Assembly: GCA_029571985.1 (NCBI GenBank) | Contig: JAKQVC010000194.1 | Location: 9,139 to 73,138 of the forward strand | Origin: Bacteroidota bacterium | GTDB taxonomy: Bacteria; Bacteroidota; Bacteroidia; Chitinophagales; BACL12 | Direction of reading: 5' to 3' | DNA length: 64,000 nt | Part shown: positions 21,493-33,504 of the stretch, piece by piece | Position numbering within the stretch: the stretch's first letter is position 1 | How the letters are laid out: every line of letters starts with the position of its first letter | Program-made: the position numbers and the translations under genes | Notes under the pieces: model-generated | What the model was told of the DNA's origin: nothing | Databases searched by the model: none | What the model saw: only the letters and a program-made list of their open reading frames with translations

Positions 21493-22262
21493 TAGAAATC
21501 AGAAACATATCAAAATCATTTGGCGAACAGCATGTGTTACATGATGTTTCAGCCGTATTTGAATCAGGTAAAACAAACCTGGTAATTGGCATTTCCGGAT
21601 CAGGGAAAACGGTTCTGATGAAAATCATGACCGGACTTATTTCACCTGATCAAGGTGAGGTTTTTTTTAACGACCGTAGCTTCTTTGACCTGTCGAGAGC
21701 CGAACAAAAATTATTGCGCCGTGAAATCGGGATGTTGTTTCAGGGCTCTGCCTTATTTGACAGTTTAACGGTAGAAGAAAATGTGATGCTACCTTTAAAT
21801 ATGTTCAGTAATGCAACAGCAAAAGAAAAGCTGAACAGAGTGAATTTCTGTCTCGAACGCGTTAACCTCTCAGGCTCCAATAAAAAATATCCGGGTGAGT
21901 TATCAGGTGGCATGAAAAAACGTGTAGGTATTGCGCGAGCCATCGTTTTAAATCCAAAATATTTATTTTGTGACGAACCGAACTCAGGGTTAGACCCACG
22001 CACTTCCATTGTTATTGATGATTTGATTATTGAAATCACCAAGGAATATAATATGACCACCATCATCAACACGCACGACATGAACAGCGTGATGGAAATT
22101 GGTGAAAAAATTGTATTCTTATTCAAAGGCCAGAAAGACTGGGAAGGAAACAGCAGTGAAATTCTCAGCGCAACAGATGAGAATCTGAACGCCTTTATTT
22201 TCGCATCTGACTTTTTACGCGAAGCGCGAGATGCTTTGAAAGAGAAAAAAGGGTTAATGTAA
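21489..22262 (+). CDS. mlaF: MlaF/Mkl-family ABC ATPase
   Basis: GISGSGKT, LFQGSALFDSLTVEENV, LSGGMKKRV, DEPNSGLDP. GTG 21489 overlaps the mlaE stop. Confidence 0.92.
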   Translation: MIEIRNISKSFGEQHVLHDVSAVFESGKTNLVIGISGSGKTVLMKIMTGLISPDQGEVFFNDRSFFDLSRAEQKLLRREIGMLFQGSALFDSLTVEENVMLPLNMFSNATAKEKLNRVNFCLERVNLSGSNKKYPGELSGGMKKRVGIARAIVLNPKYLFCDEPNSGLDPRTSIVIDDLIIEITKEYNMTTIINTHDMNSVMEIGEKIVFLFKGQKDWEGNSSEILSATDENLNAFIFASDFLREARDALKEKKGLM

Positions 22263-22300
22263 TTGTAAACACATTTCTATTGGCTTTTAGAATGGTTGTT

Positions 22301-22885
22301 TTACTGCTTTTTTCCAATATCAAATGCAAGACTCACATTACACCCCATCACAAAATTAAATGTTGCAGTGGTATAGGTTTGCTCGGTAGATACAAAGGCT
22401 ACTGATTCGTTAACAACCGGAATCCGTTCACTTATCCATGGAACAATAGAAATATTGGAGGCCGAATGCTTGAATGGTTTAATTTCATAACCTACTACAG
22501 GCCCCACACGAACAACCACATTATTGCTTAATTCTTGAGTAGATTTATATTCAATTTCCATTTGCTGGTAAATTGCCTCAACCCCAATAAATAAACCGGA
22601 AGGCTTGCTCAATAAGCGATAATATCCACCTTGAACAAAGTAGCTCCTGGTTTCGTAAAAAAACTCGCTGTCCGGATTTAAAAAATCAGGTAATTCATTA
22701 CGACCGCCATCCAGAAAAAATCGATTTTGACCATGCGTATATACTCCCCATACACTGAAGCCTTTGGCCATAAAGTCAAACATATCCATTTGCACCGCAA
22801 TGGTTTTGACTGTAGAGTCAGTATCCGAGGCCTGTGCCGCTCGGATTCCCATAAACAGGAGTAATACTAAGAAGGTTTTTTGCAT
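22301..22885 (-). CDS. Hypothetical exported protein, probably a small outer-membrane beta-barrel
   Basis: Signal peptide ending AQA, alternating aromatic/hydrophobic strands, own -7 element TAACTTTG. Confidence 0.65.
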   Translation of the reverse strand: MQKTFLVLLLFMGIRAAQASDTDSTVKTIAVQMDMFDFMAKGFSVWGVYTHGQNRFFLDGGRNELPDFLNPDSEFFYETRSYFVQGGYYRLLSKPSGLFIGVEAIYQQMEIEYKSTQELSNNVVVRVGPVVGYEIKPFKHSASNISIVPWISERIPVVNESVAFVSTEQTYTTATFNFVMGCNVSLAFDIGKKQ

Positions 22886-22898
22886 GACAACTTTTGCA

Positions 22899-22942
22899 CA
22901 AAGTTACTTGCATGTATGCAAGCAACAATTTGCATTTGCAAA
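22899..22942 (-). promoter_or_regulatory. -7 element with two adjacent palindromic operators (candidate Crp/Fnr sites)
   Basis: TAACTTTG (22906-22899), CTTGCAT-gt-ATGCAAG (22907-22922) and TTTGCA-tt-TGCAAA (22929-22942). Confidence 0.65.
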
Positions 22943-22946
22943 AAAA

Positions 22947-23513
22947 TCACTTCAACTGAGCACGAATTTTGCTGAGTGAAGCATTGTTAATGCCAAGCCA
23001 GGAAGAGATATATTTCAACGGTATTAATTTTACCATTTCGGGTGCATTTTGCAGCATGAAATGATACCTTTCCGTTGCATTCATCGATTGAAACATTAAC
23101 ATTCGGTTTGCTACCTGATTATAGGCAGATTCAAGAATGACGGTCTCGAGTTTTGCAATGGCAGGTCGTTCCGACTTCAGTTGCTCAAACTGGTCGATTC
23201 GGATGGCAAATAATACACTGGGTATTACCGTTTGCAGATGCGTTTCTAAAGGTATCTGCGATTGTAGAAGCATTGGAAAATTTACCTCATTTGAGAAATA
23301 AAATTCGAGGGTTTGCTCCTTGTTATGAAGAATGGCGAATTTTCTGATTAAGCCATCCACCACATAATACAATTTCTTTGAACCCATCTCCGGGCCAGAA
23401 AATACCCGATTCTTTTCTACTTCCATTTTAATGATAATGGCATCCAATGCCGATTTATCCTCGACTGGTAATTGATAAATTAAATCCTTAATTGATATAG
23501 AGGATGCAGGCAT
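22947..23513 (-). CDS. Crp/Fnr-family transcriptional regulator
   Basis: LYYVVDGLIR, ATERYHFMLQNAP, HTH IPLKYISSWLGINNASLSKIR. Confidence 0.88.
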   Translation of the reverse strand: MPASSISIKDLIYQLPVEDKSALDAIIIKMEVEKNRVFSGPEMGSKKLYYVVDGLIRKFAILHNKEQTLEFYFSNEVNFPMLLQSQIPLETHLQTVIPSVLFAIRIDQFEQLKSERPAIAKLETVILESAYNQVANRMLMFQSMNATERYHFMLQNAPEMVKLIPLKYISSWLGINNASLSKIRAQLK

Positions 23514-23582
23514 AGGGTTTGCCGGAAATGATTGAATTAAGCATACAAATATGACAAGATTTCTTTACAATCAATACATGTA

Positions 23583-24368
23583 TTATAAAAATACCCGAAT
23601 ACCACTTTTTAGCCATAGGATTCGCTCACTTGCTTCAGGATACTTTTGTAGGACCTTCTGAGCGATGGTTTTATTCTCCTTAAAATGTGACCAGCCATGC
23701 TGATGAATAGGAATTATCTGAGCTGGTTCGAATAATTGTGCTGCCAGCAACAAGTCGTTAGAATGCATGGTAAACCGTCCCCATCCGCTTAGGTATCTAA
23801 ATTGTGCTGATCCAACATGAAAAAAAGCGATATCAATTTTAGGAAACCTGTGGTTGATGACATGCATGCCCCTAAAAAAAACAGTATCTCCCGATATATA
23901 AATACATTTCAATTCTGGTTCAGGACATTCGATAATAAATCCTGTTACCGGTCCGCTTAAAAATGACGGCATCCACGAAGGATGGTGTTGGGCAGGCACT
24001 GCTGTAATGCGTAATTTATTCTTATTTGGTGTATATACTGTAATTGTTTCCCAGGGTGCTAAACCTTGTATGCGTGGCATCGCTTTTTGAGCTGCAGGTG
24101 TTGAAAGTATCATCGGGATTTTATCTGCAACTTTTCTACCCGCCTCGTCAAAATTATCTTTGTGTTGATGATGACTCAATAATAAAACATCAATATTTCC
24201 GATTTGCTCAACTGTTAGTGCAGGCATCCCTGTTTTTTTCGACCAGGCACCAAAACCATGATGATACCATTTTCCCGGTGCATCAAATACCGGATCTGTT
24301 AATAGGCGCAACCCATCAATTTCCAATAACATGCAGGCCGTATCGATATGCGTAACAGAAATTGGCAT
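23583..24368 (-). CDS. MBL-fold metallo-hydrolase
   Basis: LLTDPVF, LLSHHQHKDNFD, VPAQH, YISGDT, IPIH. Confidence 0.88.
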   Translation of the reverse strand: MPISVTHIDTACMLLEIDGLRLLTDPVFDAPGKWYHHGFGAWSKKTGMPALTVEQIGNIDVLLLSHHQHKDNFDEAGRKVADKIPMILSTPAAQKAMPRIQGLAPWETITVYTPNKNKLRITAVPAQHHPSWMPSFLSGPVTGFIIECPEPELKCIYISGDTVFFRGMHVINHRFPKIDIAFFHVGSAQFRYLSGWGRFTMHSNDLLLAAQLFEPAQIIPIHQHGWSHFKENKTIAQKVLQKYPEASERILWLKSGIRVFL

Positions 24369-24370
24369 AC

Positions 24371-24892
24371 TTATTTATCAGATGCAGGATTTTCTAATCG
24401 GTTTTTAAGCGCGGCATTCATTTGGGTGAAATTCGTACACGCATCCGTGAACACTTTTTCGCCATAGTGTTTACCAAACCAGCCGCCCCAATTTTCACCT
24501 TGTGTCAATAGGGTCGTGTGCGCATCTATTTCTTCCAATTTAAAATAATGCTGCACACTAAAAAACATCCCGGCACGGCCTCCCCAGGTTAATAATTTAC
24601 CAGGTTCGTAGGAAAGTACTTTTGCTTTAAAATCATGTACATCTCCATCAACCGTTTTATAGGTAACCCGTATACGGTTATTCAATGTAAGTTCGCCTTC
24701 TATGTTGAGGATATAGGTATGCCATTCCGGATAGGCTTCCACCTTCACCAACTGTTGCCAAACACTATCAGCCGGCGCCTGGATTTGGATACTGGAAAGC
24801 ACTTCCGCAGAGGTACAGGATATTTGCGCACCTGCAGAAGCGACAGCTCCCAAAACCAGCATAAGACTGAAATAAACCCGGACAATCATCAT
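24371..24892 (-). CDS. SRPBCC (polyketide cyclase/START-like) domain protein with signal peptide
   Basis: IQIQAPADSVWQQL...YPEW...HYFKLE...TLLTQGE...F..MNAALKNRLE. Confidence 0.85.
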   Translation of the reverse strand: MMIVRVYFSLMLVLGAVASAGAQISCTSAEVLSSIQIQAPADSVWQQLVKVEAYPEWHTYILNIEGELTLNNRIRVTYKTVDGDVHDFKAKVLSYEPGKLLTWGGRAGMFFSVQHYFKLEEIDAHTTLLTQGENWGGWFGKHYGEKVFTDACTNFTQMNAALKNRLENPASDK

Positions 24893-25082
24893 GAACCATT
24901 TGAATTGCGTATAAATTTGATGAATAAAATCGAGAGTTCAGCAGGCACTCGAATTTTTTTGTCAAATGTCATGTTTATCGATGAAACACGATTAAGTGTT
25001 ACCAAGTATCTAAGGATGCACATTGATACCAACACACGCTTCTCATCAAATGCCTATTTGCATTTAATAGCAGCCATTTTAT

Positions 25083-25841
25083 TTACCAAAGAAATGGATG
25101 ATCCAATAACCCATAATAATAGAGGATATTATGCGTAGAATACAAGTCCATATGCAGGGTCAACTGATCCATTGCCGGAAAATTTTCTTCGAAATGATCA
25201 CACCTTGCTGCGCAGGAAACACATCCTGTTAAAGACGCATAAAAAAGTGCGTAATACAGTTCCATCACCTCGCCTGATATACTGTCAGGCATATTAAAAA
25301 TATCTGCCCGATGGGTTGCGCTGGATAATAACTCGTTATACCTGGCTAAGGCGTAAGTGCTATCCGCTAAAACCTCAACAGTGGCAAGATTAAAATTTGG
25401 GTTTACAGAAATACAGACACCTGAATCAATAACATGAACCATCAATTGCAAAATTTCTGTAGGAACATAAAATGAATCAACTGAAACCAAAGGTAAATTC
25501 ACATAATACGAAAGTTGAAAATCAGTTTCTGATGTGCGAATAATCTGTATTCGGCTAACCATTGGTCCGAGGTCGAAAATTTCAGTAATTGAATCTGTTG
25601 CCCCTACTATAAACATATCGTACTTTACAACAGTATCCTGAATTTGCATATGCAAGTTTATATCAGAGGTAAGTTGCGTGTAACAACGATGAAAATTTGC
25701 ATGTTGCTGTGCCTGCAAGCTAGTGACGGGTATCATCATAATACATAAGATTATTACGAGAACCCTCAATGGCACTGAAAACATCTGTGATATATAGTTA
25801 ACCTTCAAAAGCAATGCATTCAAAGTTAGCAGGATCTTCAA
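25083..25841 (-). CDS. Hypothetical exported protein
   Basis: 252-codon ORF with a signal-like segment ending LQA and a C-terminal CxxCxxxC. The true start is probably the internal Met (MFSVPLR). Confidence 0.5.
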   Translation of the reverse strand: MKILLTLNALLLKVNYISQMFSVPLRVLVIILCIMMIPVTSLQAQQHANFHRCYTQLTSDINLHMQIQDTVVKYDMFIVGATDSITEIFDLGPMVSRIQIIRTSETDFQLSYYVNLPLVSVDSFYVPTEILQLMVHVIDSGVCISVNPNFNLATVEVLADSTYALARYNELLSSATHRADIFNMPDSISGEVMELYYALFYASLTGCVSCAARCDHFEENFPAMDQLTLHMDLYSTHNILYYYGLLDHPFLW

Positions 25842-26011
25842 AATAGACCCAGTTTGTTTCGCAAAATTCCCTGTATCTAAGCACCCCTCAATTCACTACT
25901 GTAAAACAGCTTTAGACTGATTGCGCATCCCCATCCCACACAAAATCTTTCCTTTGAAATTGAACCATTTGATTATTGGCCACATTCCTATTTTCGTCTT
26001 ATCTTCGCGGC

Positions 26012-26884
26012 ATGAGCGTTTTAGTAGGAAAACATACCCGTTTGGTGGTGCAGGGCTTTACAGGCAAAGAAGGCACCTTTCATGCAGAACAGATGATTGC
26101 CTATGGCACGAATGTGATTGGTGGGGTTACACCTGATAAGGGTGGTACCACACATCTCGACAGGCCGGTTTTCAATACCGTAGAAGATGCGGTTAAAAAA
26201 GAAGGCGCCAATACATCCATCATATTTGTACCGCCGGCATTTGCCGCTGACGCCATTATGGAATCTGCTGATGCAGGTATTTCAGTGATTGTGGCTATTA
26301 CCGAGGGTATTCCGGTTCAGGATATGATTCGGGTAAAATCGTACATCGCCGACCGCAACTGCACGCTCATCGGACCAAACTGTCCGGGTATTATTACACC
26401 AGAAGAAGCAAAAGTGGGCATCATGCCCGGCTTTATACATAAAAAAGGCACTATTGGTATCGTTTCACGCTCCGGAACCTTAACGTACGAAGCGGTTGAT
26501 CAGGTAACCAAGGCCGGTTTAGGTCAGAGCACCTGTATCGGTATCGGTGGCGACCCAGTTCCAGGAACAACCACACTGGATGCCGTTAAATTATTAATGG
26601 CCGACCCTGAAACCGAAGGCATTATCCTGATTGGTGAAATTGGTGGCACTATGGAAGCCAATGCAGCTAACTGGATTAAAGAATTTGGCACTAAACCCGT
26701 AGTTGGATTTATTGCCGGTCAAACAGCACCAAAAGGCCGCACCATGGGCCATGCAGGCGCCATCGTAGGTGGAAAAGACGATACCGCCGCCGCCAAAATG
26801 GAAATCATGCGCAATTGCGGCATCACCGTAGTAGAAAGCCCCGCCTATTTAGGAGAAACGATGTTGAAAGCGTTGAGGGGATGA
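26012..26884 (+). CDS. sucD: Succinyl-CoA synthetase alpha subunit
   Basis: MSVLV...[22 protein letters not shown], phospho-His motif MGHAGAI. Start at ATG 26012. Confidence 0.98.
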   Translation: MSVLVGKHTRLVVQGFTGKEGTFHAEQMIAYGTNVIGGVTPDKGGTTHLDRPVFNTVEDAVKKEGANTSIIFVPPAFAADAIMESADAGISVIVAITEGIPVQDMIRVKSYIADRNCTLIGPNCPGIITPEEAKVGIMPGFIHKKGTIGIVSRSGTLTYEAVDQVTKAGLGQSTCIGIGGDPVPGTTTLDAVKLLMADPETEGIILIGEIGGTMEANAANWIKEFGTKPVVGFIAGQTAPKGRTMGHAGAIVGGKDDTAAAKMEIMRNCGITVVESPAYLGETMLKALRG

Positions 26885-26887
26885 TTT

Positions 26888-27012
26888 GGTGAGTGGTGAG
26901 TAGTGAGTGGTGAGTGGTGAGAGCCTGCTATGAAGTGAAGCTTTTTGGAGCGCAGCGGCGAAAAGATTCTACTTCATAGGTGAGTAGTGAGTGGTGGAAG
27001 TGGAATGAGGAA
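26888..27012 (+). repeat. G-rich heptamer array (GGTGAGT/AGTGAGT) interrupted by a GCCTG-tagged hairpin element
   Basis: Heptamers at 26888-26921 and again from about 26979. Element GCCTG-CTATGAAGT-GAA...TTC-T-ACTTCATAG at 26923-26979. Confidence 0.85.
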
Positions 27013-27076
27013 TGCTATAATGTAGACCAGTAATCAATCGCGAATAACCAGTCAAACCCACTCCAAACACCTCCAA

Positions 27077-27132
27077 CCCACTACCTGATACCTGATACTT
27101 GATACCTGATACCCACTACCTGATACTTGATA
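27077..27132 (+). repeat. C-rich heptamer array, 8 units (CCTGATA/CTTGATA/CCCACTA)
   Basis: Eight contiguous 7-mers ending 10 nt before the fabG ATG. Confidence 0.9.
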
Positions 27133-27142
27133 CCCAAAAAAT

Positions 27143-27889
27143 ATGTCATTACTAACCAACACAACCGTCCTGATCACTGGTGCCTCTCGTGGTATTGGTG
27201 AGGCGATGGCTATGCGTTTTGCGGAAGCCGGAGCACATGTTGCCTTTACTTATCTGAGCAGTGAATCGCGTGCACAGGCACTGGAAGAAAAGTTGCGCGC
27301 CATGGGCGTTAAAGCCAAAGGTTATAAAAGTAATGCAGCCGTATTCGCCGAAGCAGAAAAACTGGTGAATGATGTAATGGCCGATTTTGGCACGATTGAT
27401 ACACTTGTAAATAATGCCGGTATCACCCGCGATACGCTGATGTTACGTATGTCAGAAGAGGATTGGGATGCCGTGTTAGATACTAACCTCAAATCTGTAT
27501 TTAACCTGACCAAATTTGCTATCAAACCGATGATGAAAGCCCGAAAAGGCAGTATTATCAATGTTTCATCTATCGTGGGTATGATCGGTCAGGCCGGACA
27601 AGCCAATTATTCAGCGTCGAAGGCTGGTATTATTGGATTCACAAAATCTATCGCTAAAGAATTAGGTTCACGCAATATCCGTTGCAATGCGATAGCGCCA
27701 GGGTTCATCGAAACAGATATGACCGGCGAGTTATCAGAAGAATTAAAGCAAACCTATTTCAAATCTATTCCACTTGGCCGTTTTGGTCAGGGGAAAGAGG
27801 TGGCTGATGTGGCAGTTTTTCTGGCTAGCGACATGAGCAGCTATGTAACCGGACAGGTTATTAGCGTGTGTGGTGCTTTAAATACCTAA
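27143..27889 (+). CDS. fabG: 3-oxoacyl-ACP reductase
   Basis: TGASRGIG, NNAGITRD, YSASK, PGFIETDM. Confidence 0.95.
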   Translation: MSLLTNTTVLITGASRGIGEAMAMRFAEAGAHVAFTYLSSESRAQALEEKLRAMGVKAKGYKSNAAVFAEAEKLVNDVMADFGTIDTLVNNAGITRDTLMLRMSEEDWDAVLDTNLKSVFNLTKFAIKPMMKARKGSIINVSSIVGMIGQAGQANYSASKAGIIGFTKSIAKELGSRNIRCNAIAPGFIETDMTGELSEELKQTYFKSIPLGRFGQGKEVADVAVFLASDMSSYVTGQVISVCGALNT

Positions 27890-28090
27890 TTGCTATTTTC
27901 TTGGGTTTCAGTTTAAACGTTATCGGGTTGCCCATTGTGCAATCTGAAAAACTATGCCTAAATGTTACCATCTGTTAACCCGGCATATTTTTTAATTGTT
28001 ATCTATATCCTAACTGCATGGGCAGTCGTTGTTATGTATATTCGCACTGTGCTTGAACAGGCATCTTTTTTGTTCATGCACCGGTAACAT

Positions 28091-30196
28091 ATGCAATTTC
28101 AGGTATTTACAGATCAACCGGCGTGGTTTTGGCTACTGTGTGTGGCAGGTGGTGTTGCTTTCGCAATGGGCATGTATTGGCGCGAACGCAAAGTGCTCAG
28201 TTATATCGAAAACAGGTGGTTGCGCAGAGGTATGTTTGCTGCGCGGTGTATAGCTTCTACCCTATTACTCTTTTTATTACTCGACCCATTTATTAAATCG
28301 AGCTCAAACGAAACTGAAAAGCCGGTTGTCGTGATGTTACAGGATAATTCTGCGAGTATCGGAAACGCCCTGACAGACTCTGTAGCCTATTTAAAACAAT
28401 GGCGTGATTTACAAACCGCTTTAGGTGATGATTTTGATGTGCGCATGTATCCGTTTGGAGAACAATTAGGTGATGAATCTGCAGCACTTAATTTCCAATC
28501 GGCAACAACAAATATGTCGCAGGCCATACAGTCTATAAATAATTTATACGAACATGTACATGTTGCCGGTTTAATTGTTGCGAGTGATGGATTATATAAT
28601 AGTGGCAGCAATCCTTTATATATAAAAAATGAAGTATCGGCACCCATTTACGCCATCGGTTTAGGCGATACCACACAAAAAAAAGATGCACGGGTATTAC
28701 GCGCTCTGCATAATAATATTGTATACCTGAACGATCGCTTTTCGGTGCAGGCTGATATTGAAGCAATTTTTTGTCAGGGTGTATCGCTGCGCATCAGCTT
28801 AACAGAAGTAACAGGAAAATCGAATGCACCATTAGGCTCCGTTACTTTACCTGCAGATGCTGCACAATATACCGGATCTGCCAGTTGGGAGGTTGTAGCC
28901 ACCACACCGGGTATGCATCATTATCGCATTTCTATTCAACCGGTTGATGGTGAACATACTACTGCCAATAACGTACAGGAATTATATGTTGAAGTATTAG
29001 ATGCCAGACAAAAAGTATTGATTTTAGCAAACGCACCTCATCCCGATATTCAGGCACTGAGACAATCCATTGATGCTAATATGAATTATTCGGTTGATGT
29101 GCAATTAGCAAGCACATGGAAAGGGTCTGTAAACGATTACGACCTGGTTATATTACACCAGCTCCCCTCTCTCGCACATCCGGTTTCTCAGGCATTGCAG
29201 GATATTCGAACAAGGCAAATTCCAGCCTGGTTTATTACCGGTGAACAAACGCATTTACCGGCATTTAATAAAGCGCAATCGCTGGTTTCCATAAACAGCA
29301 ACGGGCAATCAGCGAATGAGGTAACCGCATTGGTTGAAACCCAATTTAATGTATTCAGTCTGGATCTGGAGATGACAAACACCTTACCCAGGCTTCCGGC
29401 ATTAGCGGCACCTTACGGACAATATTCTGTTTCACCTGCTGCACAGATATTAGCTTTTCAAAAAATTGGTAATGTGGGCACTAAATCACCTTTATGGGTT
29501 GTGAGTGCACCGGGTGGAGAAAAAACCGCTGTATTATGTGCAGAAAATTATTGGCGCTGGAGATTATATGATTATGTACTGAATAATAATCATACCGTAA
29601 CTGACGGCCTCGTGAGCAAAACAATTCAATACCTGGCTGTAAAAAATGATAAAAAACAATTTCGGGTCAATCAAACGCGTTCCATCTATAACGAAACAGA
29701 AAGCATAGTACTAGATGCCGAGCTCTACAACGACAGCTATGAATTAACGAATTCGCCCGATGCCACGATCACAATAACAGATGAACAAGGCAAAGACTTT
29801 CCGTTTCAATTTTCTAAAACACAAAACAGCTACACCCTGCAGGCCGGTTATTTTCCGGCAGGCAGTTATACTTACAATGCCAGTGCAACGCTAAACGGAA
29901 AGCAATTTACGGATGCCGGTGCATTCAGTATTTTGCCTGTGACCTTAGAAACCATCAATACCACCGCTAATCACCAATTGCTTAATCAGATGGCGGTTCA
30001 AACCGGTGGTACTTTTGTACATCAAAATAATATAGCTCAACTTGAAAATATCATTCGTGAAAGCACGGCGGCAAAACCCATTATGCGTGAAATCACACGC
30101 ACCCAGTCGGTTATTCATTTAAAATGGATTTTCGCCATTCTACTCATTTTACTGAGCGCCGAATGGTTTGTGCGCAAATTTATGGGTGGCTATTAA
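28091..30196 (+). CDS. Membrane-anchored vWA-like domain protein (conserved Bacteroidota hypothetical)
   Basis: Two N-terminal TM helices, MIDAS-like DNSAS...TN...SDG, IGLGD, APHPDI, WRWR, C-terminal EWFVRK. Confidence 0.8.
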   Translation: MQFQVFTDQPAWFWLLCVAGGVAFAMGMYWRERKVLSYIENRWLRRGMFAARCIASTLLLFLLLDPFIKSSSNETEKPVVVMLQDNSASIGNALTDSVAYLKQWRDLQTALGDDFDVRMYPFGEQLGDESAALNFQSATTNMSQAIQSINNLYEHVHVAGLIVASDGLYNSGSNPLYIKNEVSAPIYAIGLGDTTQKKDARVLRALHNNIVYLNDRFSVQADIEAIFCQGVSLRISLTEVTGKSNAPLGSVTLPADAAQYTGSASWEVVATTPGMHHYRISIQPVDGEHTTANNVQELYVEVLDARQKVLILANAPHPDIQALRQSIDANMNYSVDVQLASTWKGSVNDYDLVILHQLPSLAHPVSQALQDIRTRQIPAWFITGEQTHLPAFNKAQSLVSINSNGQSANEVTALVETQFNVFSLDLEMTNTLPRLPALAAPYGQYSVSPAAQILAFQKIGNVGTKSPLWVVSAPGGEKTAVLCAENYWRWRLYDYVLNNNHTVTDGLVSKTIQYLAVKNDKKQFRVNQTRSIYNETESIVLDAELYNDSYELTNSPDATITITDEQGKDFPFQFSKTQNSYTLQAGYFPAGSYTYNASATLNGKQFTDAGAFSILPVTLETINTTANHQLLNQMAVQTGGTFVHQNNIAQLENIIRESTAAKPIMREITRTQSVIHLKWIFAILLILLSAEWFVRKFMGGY

Positions 30197-30285
30197 GTTC
30201 CTGAAATCGCGATAGTATGCTCTGCTACCGACCAGATTAGTATACTTTCCACACGGAAGTCCATTTTTTAAACGTTATAGGCCGT

Positions 30286-30633
30286 ATGCTTACGGGTAAC
30301 TTTACATGGATGGGACTTTTTTCCAACTTCAGAACAAGGATGCGGGCTTCGCGAATACCAACGCTGTTGCTGAATAAGTATTTAGCCACGTTGTTTGTAT
30401 TCGGGATTTGGATGACCTTTTTTGATGAAAATAACTTTATCAGACAATACCACCGCATTACTGAACTCAATTCCGTGCAACGTAAAACAAGTTATTACGT
30501 TAAGGAAACTGAAAAAGCAAAAAAACAACTCTACGCCCTCAAAACAAATCAACATGCCCTTGAGCGCTTCGCTCGTGAAGAATATTTTATGAAGAAGCCG
30601 AATGAGGATGTATATATTATTTTGGAGGAATAA
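30286..30633 (+). CDS. ftsB: Septum formation initiator (FtsB/DivIC family)
   Basis: NKY...WMTFFDEN, coiled coil, LERFAREEYFMKKPNEDVY. Exact start uncertain. Confidence 0.85.
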   Translation: MLTGNFTWMGLFSNFRTRMRASRIPTLLLNKYLATLFVFGIWMTFFDENNFIRQYHRITELNSVQRKTSYYVKETEKAKKQLYALKTNQHALERFAREEYFMKKPNEDVYIILEE

Positions 30634-30739
30634 GGAATAAGGAATGAGGAATGAGGAATAAGGGGTGAGTGGTGAGGGGTGAGGGGTGAGTGGTGAGGGG
30701 TGAGGGGTGAGTGGTGAGTGGTGAGTGGTGAGTGGTGAG
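30628..30739 (+). repeat. 16-unit heptamer tandem array: GAATRAG x5 then KGGTGAG x11
   Basis: 112 bp equals 16 x 7. Begins at the last codon and stop of ftsB. Confidence 0.95.
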
Positions 30740-30834
30740 TTTTTGATGGGACTGATGGGTTGTGAATTTTTTTTGGGGTGTAGAGGAAGATTATTTTTAT
30801 TTTGGGCCGAGAGCTTTGACAACTTTTTAAAATA

Positions 30835-30871
30835 AAAAAAGCCTCAATCGATAATGATTGAGGCTTTTTTT
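30835..30871. terminator. Bidirectional terminator (ftsB / eno)
   Basis: AAAAAAGCCTCAATC-gataat-GATTGAGGCTTTTTT. Confidence 0.9.
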
Positions 30872-30887
30872 ATTGTTTTTATTATGC

Positions 30888-33285
<2,398 letters not shown>

Positions 33286-33504
33286 TAAAGCACAAAGATA
33301 CTTGGTGGAGGCGGCAGTTTCGTACCGAAATGCAGTAAAATCATCGAAAATTAACGGTTTATGCACAGTGCAACCTGGTTAATGGCAAAAGGTCGCGGTT
33401 CGGGCTGTATGCAATTGACTACACTTGTCGATTAGGGCTGGTATTGGTGCATTGTTTTACCCGGGTGGTAAAAATATCTTTAAGTCCGGTTCAAAGTATC
33501 AAGT

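Noticed and set aside
30382-30822. 146-aa minus-strand ORF with SPLTPHP repeats
   Set aside because: It is the antisense translation of the heptamer array and of ftsB.
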